Assembly (NCBI GenBank): GCA_013239625.1
Contig: MU054001.1
Span: forward strand, 1,367,884 to 1,431,883
DNA from: Lama guanicoe
Taxonomy: Eukaryota
Length of the DNA: 64,000 nucleotides
Direction: 5' to 3'
The position numbers and the translations under genes are program-made. Below the pieces are notes generated by a model. The model was not told the origin of the DNA. It saw only the letters and a list, made by a program, of their open reading frames with translations, and did not search any database. Below are positions 25,463 to 37,200 of this stretch, one piece after another. Within the stretch, counting starts at the first letter, position 1. Each line of letters opens with the position of its first letter.

Positions 25463-25606
25463 CTCATTGTGGATTTCTTCACCTTGTTTCAAGACAGCAG
25501 GCTCTAAGGATTTCAGAGAGACTTCACCATTGTCTGCCTCATTGCGGACATTCTGCAGAGCCAACTGGCAGCGCTGTAAGATATAATCCAAGGTCCCCGT
25601 CGAGCA
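25463..25606 (-). CDS. FTO: FTO coding exon 6 (144 bp, phase 0-0), start of C-terminal domain
   Basis: Translates [48 protein letters not shown]; acceptor ...tctccgcag, donor gtaagg at 25457-25462. Confidence 0.98.
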
Positions 25607-27037
25607 CTGCGGAGACAGAAGCAGCCACTGAGATGATCAGCAAACTCCAGGTGTACCATCCCTCTGTCCCTAGGATGTCTGTCCCACTTCTGTGCAATCA
25701 CCTGTCGCCCTCACAGCTCAGCATGGGCTCCTTAACTTCAGAATGACTAGGGCAGCTTTCCCACTGGGATCCGTGCAGCCAGCTGGGTCTCACCTGGCCA
25801 CACATCCTGCTGCTTCTCTTTTACTACACAGACCTCACATCTCTAAAGAGTAGGTTCCCCCAGGCTGCAGCCCTGTTTCTCTATATATACATCCTACATA
25901 CACTGCAGCACCTAGAAATGAGTCCTAAATGTACAAGAAACTTACTAAGCAGTTATTGGACAAATAACTAATTCACCAAGAAGTTAAGGACGTTGCCTTT
26001 ATTTCAAGTGCCCTGAACCTAACGATGGGAAAGACAGGTAACCAGACTGTCCAACTGGTTCAAAAGCACACAGAATACAACAGCAGTGGCAGGAGAAGAA
26101 AAAAAAAACCCTGAAGTTATAAACACTGGGCAAAGGACTCATTTTCGTTTTCTGCAAAAAGCATACACTAGGCAGTCACAAGTCCTTCGCAGAAGAGATT
26201 CTTTAAATCACAGAGAATATGTTGTCCATGCCTCTAAGGCAAGTTTAAAGGCGTCACTCAGTACCTGGCTATCAGCAAAGGCACAGATAACTTAGTCCAT
26301 CCCTCTCGGAGTCTGTGGGAGCAAAACAGAGGTCAAATGGACTAACTCCTTCTTTGAATGAGCATGTGTCAGAAAAGAAGAGGATGCAGGTGGAGTGTGC
26401 ATCCGTTTGTTTTGATAATGACACGATTTCCTAGAATGATAAAAAGCAAGCTATAAATATCCTTTAGACCCAATGAGGGAAATGTAGTACTCAATATATT
26501 TTTATTTTAACAGCTATAATTTAAACGGATCCCTTAGAAATAACCTTGAAGGCTAATCCCTTGGTACAAAAATTCTTTGCACAGTTACTGCCACTTGATA
26601 CAATGTGACCTGGGCATGCCTAGGAAAAAAAAACAAAAACAAAAACAAAGTTTCTGTGCAAAAATCAGAAACTTGACTAATATGTATCTGAATATGAAGA
26701 TCCCAAAGTGCTGGGAACAGAAGGGCAGCAGCTCCAATCTGCTACAAAGGGAAAAACAGAAAATGGAATTCAATTACCACTCACTTTTGTCCCACAGCCA
26801 CCCCTACAACATATTTTTAATGACATTCTGTCTAAAAACGTGTTCTAACTGCACCTTTACTCTCCCAAGTATGGAGTAACCTACATCAGAGGTAATTAAC
26901 TGAAATGTCATCTACTCTAACAAAAGATTAGAAACAACACAAAATTTCCCATCAATAAGGGACCAGTTAAATGAACTATGATGGAGCTATTTATACTGGC
27001 AGCCAAAAAAAAAAAAAAAGGAGGAGGGAATATATTT

Positions 27038-27062
27038 AGTTAGTTAGTTAGTTAGTTAGTTA
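27038..27062. repeat. (TAGT)n microsatellite
   Basis: Direct reading. Confidence 0.9.
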
Positions 27063-27149
27063 TTTCCCCCACCCTGGGTGATTAGAGTTTTAGCTGATGT
27101 AAAGAACCTATAATCAGGCCTAGTTTTTTGAGGGGTGGTGGTGATGGTA

Positions 27150-28255
27150 ACAATTTTACTGAGATATATAGCTCACATGTCAATTTACCCACTTAAAAAT
27201 ACAATTCAATACTTTTTGTATATCCACAGAGTTGTGCAACCATCACTACAACTAATTTTAGAACATTTTTATCCCATACCTTTGAGCAGTCACCCTCTCC
27301 TACTTCTACTAGCCTTTCCAGCCCTAAGCAACCACTAATCGACTTTCTGTGTCTACAGATTTAACTACTCTGGACACTTCATATAAACGAAATCATACAA
27401 TACGTGGTCTCTTGTGATTGGCTTCCTTTGCTTAGTATAATATTTTCGAGGTTCATCCATGCTGTACCTCGTGTCAGTCCCCCATTCCTGTTTATTGCCA
27501 AATAATCATTTAATTGTATGGATACACTGCCCTTTGTTTATCCACTCATTTAGGCTCCTCCTCTTGGCTCTTAACGAATTAAGCGACTATGAACATTCAT
27601 GCACAAGTTTTCACTTCTCTTGGGTATACACCTAGGCATGGAATTGCTAGGCAGTACGGGAACTCTGTATTTAACCTTCTGAGGAAGAGTCAGACTGTTT
27701 TCCAAAGTGGCTGCACCATTTTGCATTCCCTCCAGCAGTGCATGAGGGCTCCGATTTCTGCAAATCCTCACCAACACTTGTCACTGTAGTTTTAAGCACA
27801 GCGGGTATAAAGTGGTATGTCATTGCGGTTTTGATCTGCATTTCCTTGATGACTAATGATGTTGACTATCTTTCCGTGTGTTTACTGGCCATTGGTATAT
27901 CTCCTGTGAGCCATGCCTATTCAAATCCTTTACCTTTTAAAAAAGTTGGATTATCTTTTTTTTATTAATTAATTAATTAATGGTAGTGATGGCTCCTTAT
28001 GTTTATTTTTTGTTTTAGTGATTAAACATGCACTGGATTATCTATCTTTTTAATCACTGAGTTGTAAGAGTTCTTTATGTGTTCTAAATATGGGCACCTT
28101 GTGCGATACACGGTTTGTAAATATTTTCTCTCATTCTGTTATAGTTTGTCTTTTCACTTTCTTGATGGTGTCCTTTGAAGCATATAAGTTTGAAACTTTG
28201 ATCAAGTCCAATTTATCTGTTGTTTTCTTTGCTTACTTTTGGTTTCATATCTAAA
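27150..28255 (-). mobile_element. Older L1 (L1MB-like) ORF2 C-terminus and 3'UTR
   Basis: cagactgttttccaaagtggctgcaccattttgcattccctccagcagtgcatgaggg and ttttactgagatatatagctcacat are reverse-strand L1 3' sequence. Confidence 0.88.
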
Positions 28256-29609
28256 AAAAATTTCCAACTCTTAAGAATTGATAAGTAGTATCTTGACAAA
28301 ATACTGATAAGTAATTATCAACAAGGTTTACTAAAATGAAACAAAAAGTGCAGAATAGTGTGTAGAGGAGGCTACCATTTATATTCAAAATTTAATTACA
28401 CATGTGTTTGCTTATATATGTATTAAATGTCACTGAAAGGAATAACAAAAATCCGATAACATTGGTTGCCTCTGGGAGAAGGTGGTTGGCACAAGGAGAA
28501 AGAGACTTTAACTGGAAACTCTAAGGTACTTTTTGAATTTTGAATCATTAGAGTAACCACCTATTTAAAACATAACTATACACAACATTTAAATTTACAA
28601 AAAAAGACATTCTGTACTGAATCCCAAGAATATTCTGTCACAATCAGACAAAAACTAAAATCAAACACAGGTCGAGAGTCATCAGACATAATTTACTCAC
28701 ATGAAACCAAAAACTAGATAGATATTTTTCCCTGATAACCAAACTGAATTTCAGAACATCATTTCCTTAAGACAATCTGTTTCCTACATACTGTGAATAG
28801 GCAGAAAATAGCAAATCATTTTGTTTGGCACAGAAAAGATGTCTAATTTAATACTGTGTGAAGGAAAGGACATTTGTAGAACAAGTGAGTATAAAGTTGC
28901 ACAAATCTTTTTTTTTTTCTCTCTGTACTGAGGGAAATAATAATGTTAACTATAGTGTTGGGCAAAAAATCTTTTCATTCTTCTATTACTGAAAATGTAA
29001 GATGAAATTAAAAAGTTTTAAATATGATAAAAACATAATCCTGCCACCTTACCTTATTTTAATTATTTTTATTGCATGTGATTCTCCGTCCACACAGTTG
29101 TAATCAGTACATGCATATCAGTGTATAGGCTGTTTTTCACTGTTTATAAATAAGTATTCAAAACAACCACTTTCAATGTTTCTTACTGAGGTGATACTAA
29201 TAATTTAATTAGCTAATCACATAATATAAAGGCATTAAGGTTCTGTCCAACTTTTCACTACTATTATCATATGAGATAAGTATCTTTTTATATATACTTT
29301 TGAATTATTTCCTAGGTTTGATTCCTAAAAACAGTGTTGTGCAATCAAAGACAGGACTATTTTTACGATGCTTTTTACATATCCCCACATAGCTTTCCAA
29401 AAAATATACCAATTAGGAAAAACTAGCAGAAATGTATGAAGGTACCATTTCATGGTAACTTTACCAGCAATGAAAATGATCATTTTTGACTTTCGGTAAA
29501 AATATTTTGGAAGAAATAAAAAGTTAACCTTAAAACAATGATTTTTTTAAAAAATTATTTTTAGCTTTAAAGTAATTTTTAAAGCCCATATACATAGGAT
29601 CATGTATAA

Positions 29610-29821
29610 TAGAGTCAGCAAACTTTTCCCTTTAGGCTTGATAGTAAATATTTCAGGCTTGCAGCCCACAAGGTCTGTGTTCAACTACTCAGCTCTGCCA
29701 CTGGAGCTCCAAAGCAGCCATAAACAACAGGCAAGCAAATGAGCATGGCTGTGTTCCAATAAAACTTTATTTACAAAAGCAGCTGGCTGGCCCACAGGCT
29801 ACAGAATTTTCTCTGACCCTG
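29610..29821. mobile_element. MER58A-like hAT-Charlie MITE
   Basis: gtcagcaaactttt...actactcagctctgcc...aaagcagccataaacaac...ggctgtgttccaataaaactttatttacaaaa. Confidence 0.85.
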
Positions 29822-31323
29822 ATCTACAATATAGAAAGCAGGATGGTCACATCTCTCACATTACATGTGCCTAATTAGCAAAATATCATGAAGCTTGAAT
29901 TAAAGCAGAGATAATATAAAGGACACAGATTTGGGATAATGTGTTTCTCCTAACAGCACCACTATACATATCTACCGCTTTATTAAAAGATAATTAATGC
30001 TCAAAATTCTGCCTAAAAATTAGAAGCTACAAATACAGCTATGACTAAGCAGAGAAACCTAAACCTCAGGATATTTTGAAAGCACTGCTACTCTAGTGAA
30101 GCTGGTTCACTTGTTAAAAAAAAAAAAAAGGAACTAAGGCCAGAGGAGTACTTTTCAAACTGCATTCCAAAGGGCTCCTTTTGGGAACTTCCATGTATGC
30201 CTGTATCTATTGTAGGAGGTGGAGAAGGAAACGTCTCCTGATCTCTTACAAGCTTTAGTCCAAAATTTCCATTTGGCAGCTCCAACTCAGCCAGTTCAGA
30301 ACTGAACAAACTACTGTCTTCCCCTAATGTCTTAGATCCCTGTTTCCATCATGGTAAAGTCATCTCCAACTCACCCAGGCTTGAAACCTCAGAATCATCC
30401 AAGAGCCTGGCACGTGACAAGCATCCAATAAAGAACTAGTTAGTTACTTGATTCATTCATTCATTTGTTCATCCATCCATTCACTCACTCTTACATCCCT
30501 CCCTCCACCTCAATAGGTCAGTTGCCAAGTCTGACACCATGTCTACTACATCAGTCAAGGGAACTTCTTCTTCTCCCCTGTTACCACTACCTTACTTCAG
30601 GCCAACAGGTTTAGTTGATGTCTCCATCATTTTCATCTTCCTAAAGGTATCTCCAGGATGTCACCACAACGATAAATAAATCATCAATAACCCCCACCTG
30701 CCAACAACTTAAGTTAAAACACACCTCATCTGATATCCAAGACCCTTCATAATCTGGTCCCACTCAGGAATCAGCCTTTATCTGCAAACACTCCCTTTCT
30801 GGCATCCTGGGATTCACAGCACAGCCACTCAATATTCCCTCTGTGTCCCCAGCCCATCCCGTTCCAACATCTCCACCTGGGTCCTCATTCCACTAGCTGT
30901 CCTAAAATGTCCTAAAATCCCCTAATCCCTACTTGTTCAAGTCCTACATGTCTCCTCACTCATGAAATCTTATGCTGTTTGCTACACTCTGTTCTGCACC
31001 AAAACTACTTTTTTAGACTGTAGGCATCTCGAAGATATCAAGCTGTCCACCATTCCTGTTCACAAGTGCCTAAAAGAAAACCTTGAACACTGGAAAGTTG
31101 AACAAAAGTTTCCAGAATGGATGAATGAACTAAAATCACTTCCCTCCTTTTGAATAGCAGCTTTCAATCAATAGCAATTCTTCCAGTTAAGACTCACTGA
31201 TGACGTAATGTCTCTTGCTTTATTATGAAACACTCTAGCGTGTAAGTGGAGACAGAAGAGCCACACAAAGAGCTTTGGTCGTTCCTGTCTTCAATGGCTT
31301 TTCATCAGGACAGATGAAAAGAC

Positions 31324-31480
31324 AGTAGTGGTGGTAGTGGTGGTGGTGGTGGTGGTGGCGGTGGTGCTGGTGGTGCTGGTGGTGGTGGTGCTGGTGGTGG
31401 CGGTGGTGGCTGTAGTGGTGGTAGTGGTGGTAGTAATAGTAGTGGTAGTAGTATGAGTAGTAACTTAATAATAGTAATAG
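31324..31480. repeat. Compound (GGT/GCT/AGT/AAT)n triplet repeat
   Basis: Direct reading; about 150 bp. Confidence 0.95.
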
Positions 31481-31602
31481 TGACTAACAGTCTTCGAATG
31501 CATATTCTCTCAATACCAGTCACTCTTCTAAAAAACTTACATGTATTAATTCATTTAATCCTCACAAGAACCCTATGAACTAGGTATGATTATTACTCTC
31601 AT
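31470..31602 (-). mobile_element. MIR 3' half
   Basis: ttacatgtattaattcatttaatcctcacaagaaccctatga is the reverse complement of the MIR 3' region. Confidence 0.8.
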
Positions 31603-31767
31603 CAAACACATTTTCCCACACTTCTAATTCAACCTTTTGTACCTCTGAGCTCAGCACTAATCTTATCAGCTTGGACCAGGAAAGACGCAAGGATGCACAG
31701 AAAAAGTAGCCACACACTCTGAAGGATTCTTGAGAGAGTTCTAGCTAGAAAGACAGATGTCTGTATC

Positions 31768-31856
31768 TTTTTTTTTTTAAGTGGAGGCACTGAGGATTGA
31801 GCCCAGGACCTCCCTCATGCTAAGCATGCACTCTATCACTGAGCTATACCCTCCCC
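31768..31856 (-). mobile_element. tRNA-Ala-like SINE (camelid vic-1-like), short form
   Basis: Reverse complement reads ggggagggtatagctcagtgatagagtgcatgcttagcatgagggaggtcctgggctcaatcctcagtgcctccac plus A tail; Pol III A and B boxes visible. Confidence 0.85.
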
Positions 31857-33176
31857 ATATCATCCTGTATTACACAAAAATGAAGTCTTTTTTGTACAAC
31901 ACAAAGCACACATGAGATGCTTTATAAATGCTTGTTCACTTCTTTTTGCCTGCCTCCCTCCCTTCTTCCTTCCTTCCTAACAGAACTTACTTTTAGGTCT
32001 CCAAGATAATGATTTGTGTTTTTACCTATCTAATATATGTCTCTCAAACTAAAATGGAAGTTCACTGAAGCTAGTGGCCGTAACTGTCATGTCGGTGGCT
32101 AGCTCTCTCTCAAGCCTCTAGTGCTGCTGGACACGTAAGAGACACTCAGACATTTAGATGAATGAAGGAAGGAAAGGAGAAGAAGGGAGATAAGGAGAAA
32201 AGGGGGAAGGAATGTTTGATGGGTTTGCTGGCATCTTGATTCAGACACTCACGCCCTCTCTATCACCCAGCAGCATGACAGGACCAGCTTACTAGAAAAG
32301 AGCTACTTAAATACCAAAAGACACGACGCTGCCTCGTGGACTTGCAGTCTCAGGACTGAAAAGGTCTTGTGCCTGTGTGTCCCTGACACTTTATTGTATC
32401 CCTTCTGCCCTACTTTCTCACACTGGTCCCCCTGTGGTACAATGAAAAGTCAAGCTATAAAAGCAAAGCACAGATAACAAGCTTGGATACAAGGTCAACT
32501 TGTAATCCTTCTCGTGATCATTCCCCTGCGCCCTGGAACCCCTCTTAGCTGAGCACACAATACTCCAGGGTGACTACTTAGGGCTTTCCTCATCTCTTAG
32601 GTTTCCATTCTGAACTAGTCTAATCAGCTGACTAGCAGCCACTGCAAATAGTGGCAGAATTTAGCAATAAAGTCCGGGTTAGGAACACGACTGGGAAGCT
32701 GAGGAATTCCTTGGCACCACTGTGACTTTCTCTGTAATTTACATTCACATGCCCAGAAGCCTGACCCAATAGTTAAGGGAAATGTAAATTCTCAACCATC
32801 TGAGCCCAGTCACAGTTAACACATGCACAAGCACACAAATCTACCCTATTTTGTTCTGGCCATCTCCTGCCCCTGACCTTGACAGATACAAACCCTTTAG
32901 AAAATCTCTAACCAGCAATACCTGCCAAGGTGCCCTCTCGCCGGCACCTTGTCAAGAAACACAACCCCAAAGAAGCAAAACTGACTTATCCCATGCTGTG
33001 AACACTGGACCCAACACAACTCAAAACTAAAAAAGCAAGTAAATAGAGACTAAAGCCGAGTTAGATGGAAGCAATTTTCCTATCAAATATTCTTCCAAAG
33101 TTCTATGATAAATTGCTCATTCAACCACTTCTGTCATATCCAATTAAGTTTGAGTCACATTTTTATTTACACTTAC

Positions 33177-33256
33177 CTCTGCCACTCGGTGAGTGGAACT
33201 AAACCGAGGTGGTAAACCAGCCAAAACACAGTGTTGGTGGGTGGCATTGAGATCAT
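33177..33256 (-). CDS. FTO: FTO coding exon 5 (80 bp, phase 1-0)
   Basis: Translates (D)[26 protein letters not shown], containing the Fe-ligand His (human H307) and 2OG-binding Arg residues (human R316, R322); acceptor ...ttctgcag, donor gtaagt at 33171-33176; frame joins exon 4 correctly. Confidence 0.98.
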
Positions 33257-33480
33257 CTGCAGAAACAAATACCAAAAATTAAAAAAAAAACAACAAAAAA
33301 AGAAAGAAAGAAAGAGAGAAGGAAAGAAAATCACCTGGCACAGACTTATTAGTCACTCGACATGATTTAACTAAAATACAAAGTAAATAGCAAATTCATT
33401 ATTCAAGAAAAATGACAATAACCAAGGAATTGACAGTTATCCTGTATTCTTTAAACCATTCTTTGTAAGTAGGATGACAC

Positions 33481-33504
33481 TATATATATATATATATATA
33501 TATA
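33481..33504. repeat. (TA)n microsatellite
   Basis: Direct reading. Confidence 0.9.
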
Positions 33505-34299
33505 GTCATATGGTATAAAGCCACTAGTGGTGTAAAACCATCAAAAACCATGATGCTTTTAGTAGTGAAAGGGGATGTTACCAATAATTATTCCAGGACA
33601 ACAAGTGCAAACCAGGATTGTCCTTAGCTAACAGGACATAGGGTTACCTTACTTATTCGTAGTCTTGTGATACCCTCTCACCACTGTTCATGGGTTGAAC
33701 GTCTTTCTCTTTCTCATGTTATACCTAATTCTACCCAAGCCTTTAGAATTGGCCAAAATTCTTTCGTATTACTTGGAGTTGAACATCTTTCATCTGAAAA
33801 TCGGCCTCACTCTCTCTCTCTCTCCCTAATCAAAGTATCAATTTTGCCCTAACAATTTTCCAGGCAGCAAACCAACCAGCTCAGCATGTTGCGAAGCTCT
33901 GGCTCACAGAACAGAATTCAAGCCTACAGATTCATGACCCAAGCATGGAGTAGGCGGTGGATTCATCAGCTTAAGAACACGCCTAAAACCACATACAGCA
34001 GGAGGAAAACCAAAGGCCAAGTTGTTGTGTATTCTAAGAAATGATGCCATATGTGAGGCAGAATCTGTATCACTTTTGCTTAGGACATTGCTTCTTCTGT
34101 TACAAAGAAGAGAACTGAATAGAACTGTTCCCACCAACACATGATTTCCGACATAAGCAGCAGAGGCTTCTCAGCAAGATACCAAGAAAGACAATGACGT
34201 AAACTAGAAGGCAAAGACCATTATACTCCGTAGGTGTTAGCAAAAACAACCTATAGTATTATCTCTAAACATAAATGGAAATACAAAATGCCAATTGCA

Positions 34300-37200
34300 T
34301 GACTCCTGCTGACGGACATTACAGAGTAACCAGGATGAGGTTTACCCTTTTACCTTAACAACCACTAGACAGACCAAAAACAGGAAACAAAGGTTTTTGA
34401 TACAAGAAAGCAGAGCATATTACCCCAAAGATAAGAGAAAGAAAATAGGTAAGCCCTACAATTGCCCTAGCTTACTACCTGGGAACAGTTTCAAAACCAC
34501 AGAGTAGGGAGGGAGAAGTCAGAACTTGAGTTTTCAGTTTCCCCTCTTGCTGAGCTGTGAAGACACACTAGAGTTTAGGAAGGCCGAGGAAGCAGAGATG
34601 TGTAGGGCAGAACACAGCCAGAGAAGAACCTGCACAGGGAGAGAGCAAGCAGACATCTGCAGCAGGCAGGGTTCCTTCAAGTCTTTAGCTAAGCACTGAT
34701 CTGTGCACGTAAGAATACAAAGCAGCATCAGAAAGCTGTAGGCTGAACGCATCTCAGACCTCACACAGGGCCAGGAGTACTTTGTGCTCTCGGCAGCCAG
34801 AATGGCTCCTACTGAGATAATGGATGGAATCTTTAGAAAAGCATCATCTTAGAAGTCAAGTTAAATAAGCCCTATATTAAACGCTGCCCAAGGTCCATCG
34901 AAAAGCTTAACAGCAAGTCTCAAAAGGATCCAACCTATTCCATATAATTCAATTATTCACTAGAGTGAAATCCAACACTATTTAAAAGCATATAACAAAA
35001 TCAGGCATCAACAGATAAAACTGGCCATATCCAGCATTCATTCAAAAAATAACAGAGAAATGAAAGATGTACAATACATATGACATTGACATGTAAGATA
35101 TATACATATCTTTCTTTCCTTTCATATATACATATCTTACATATATGTATGAAGAGATAAAATGAAGCTTCAAAACACAAAAAATAGAGTGACTAAAATT
35201 AAAAATTCCATTGAATGAGATGAACAACAGCACTTAAGACACTGAAGAAGAAAAGGTAAGTGAAGTAGAATGCACAGAAACTACCCAAAAACACAGAGGA
35301 AAAAAACACTATAAAAAAAAAAAATGAAAGAGCATCAATGCCCTATGAGACAGTATTAAGCAGTTTTTCATAAATGTAATTAGAGTCTCAGAGGAGGGAG
35401 AATACAGAAAAAATAATTTTTTAATGTTGGCCAAAAAGAAAAGTAAGAACAAAGAACAAGAGTGACAAATAGAAAATATTAACAAATAAGATTAATACTA
35501 ACCCAACTGTATCATTAATCACTTTAAATGCCAATGGCCTAAATACACCAATTAAAAGACAGAGATTGTCAGAGCGGATGAAAAAAACAATATGCAACTC
35601 TATGTAGTCTACAAGAAATTCGCTTTAAATATAAAGACACATATAATTAGAAGGAAAGGGATAGAGAAAGATATATCATAGAAACACTAATCAAAAACAA
35701 AGCTGGAGTACCTATAGGAATTTCAGATAAAGCGCACTTCAAAAAAAGGAAAATTATCAGGGATATAGAGGGGTATTACATAATGATAAAGGGTCAATTC
35801 TCCAAGAATATGAAACAATCCTCAAGGTGTATGTGCCTTATAATAAAGCATCAATATATGTGAGGCAAAAACAAACAGAACAGCAAGGAGAAACAGATAA
35901 ATCCACTATTACAGTTAGAGATTTTAACATCCCCTCACAGAATAAATCCCTCAGGCAGAAAATCAGTAAGGACACAGTTAAACCCAAGAGCACCATCAAC
36001 TTAACTGACATCTATAGACTACTTCATACAACAACAGCAGACTACACATTCTTTTCTAGCTCATGTAGAACATTCATCAAAATAGACCACATTCTTTTTT
36101 TCTTTTTTTTAACATTTTTTATTGATTTATAATCATTTTACAATGTTGTGTCAAATTCCAGTGTAGAGCACAATTTTTCAGTTATACATGAACATATATA
36201 TATTCATTGTCACATTTTTCTCTCTGTGAGCTACCATAAGATCTGGTATATATTTTCCCTGTGCTATACAGTATAATCTTGTTTATCTATTCTACAAATT
36301 TTGAAATCCCATCTATCCCTTCCCACCCTCCACTCCCTTGGAAACCACAAGTTTGTATTCTATGTCTATGAGTCTATTTCTGTTTTGTATTTATGCTTTG
36401 TTTTTTTGTTTTTGTTTTTGTTTTTTAGATTCCACATATGAGCGATCTCATATGGTATTTTTCTTTCTCTTTCTGGCTTACTTCACTTATAATGACATTC
36501 TCTAGGAGCATCCATCTTGCTGCAAATGGCGTTATGTTGTCGGTTTTTATGGCTGAATAGCATTCCATTGTATAAATATACCACATCTTCTTTATCCAGT
36601 CATCTGTTCATGGACATTTAGGCTGTTTCCATGTCTTGGCTATTGTAAATAGTGCAGCTATGAACACTGGGGTGCAGGTGTCATCCTGAAGTAGGGTTCC
36701 TTCTGGATATATGCTCAGAAGCAGGATTCCTGGGTCATACAGTAAGTCTATTCCTAGTCTTTTGAGGAATCTCCATACTGTTTTCCACAGTGGCTGCACC
36801 AAACTGCATTCCCACCAGCAGTGTAGGAGGGTTCCCCTTTCTCCACAGCCTCTCCAGCATTTGAAAATAGACCACATTCTTGAACAAAAAGCACACCTTA
36901 GCAAAGTTTTAAAAAAACAGAAGTCATACAATGTCTGCTCTCAGCCCACAAAGGAGTTAAACTAGAAACCAGTAACAGAAAGATGACTGGGAAATCTCAA
37001 AATACTTAAGAGACTACACAAGACACTTCTAAATAATATATAATCAAATTAGAAATCACAAGAAAAATTTTAAAAATATTTTTAACTAGGTGAAAATAAA
37101 AATACAACTTATCAAAATTTGTGTGCTGCAGCAAAAGCAGTGCTATGAGGCAAATTTATAGCATTGAATGCATATGTTAGAAAAGTAGAAAGCTCTAAAG

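Noticed and set aside
31305..31523. 72-aa polyproline ORF on the minus strand
   Set aside because: It is a translation of the (CCA)n triplet repeat plus MIR sequence, with no exon evidence.
35827..36965. ORFs resembling endonuclease and cysteine-rich domains
   Set aside because: Fragments of L1 ORF2 from two nested, disrupted elements; the same applies to ORFs at 9358-9552, 27571-27968 and 37794-37985.
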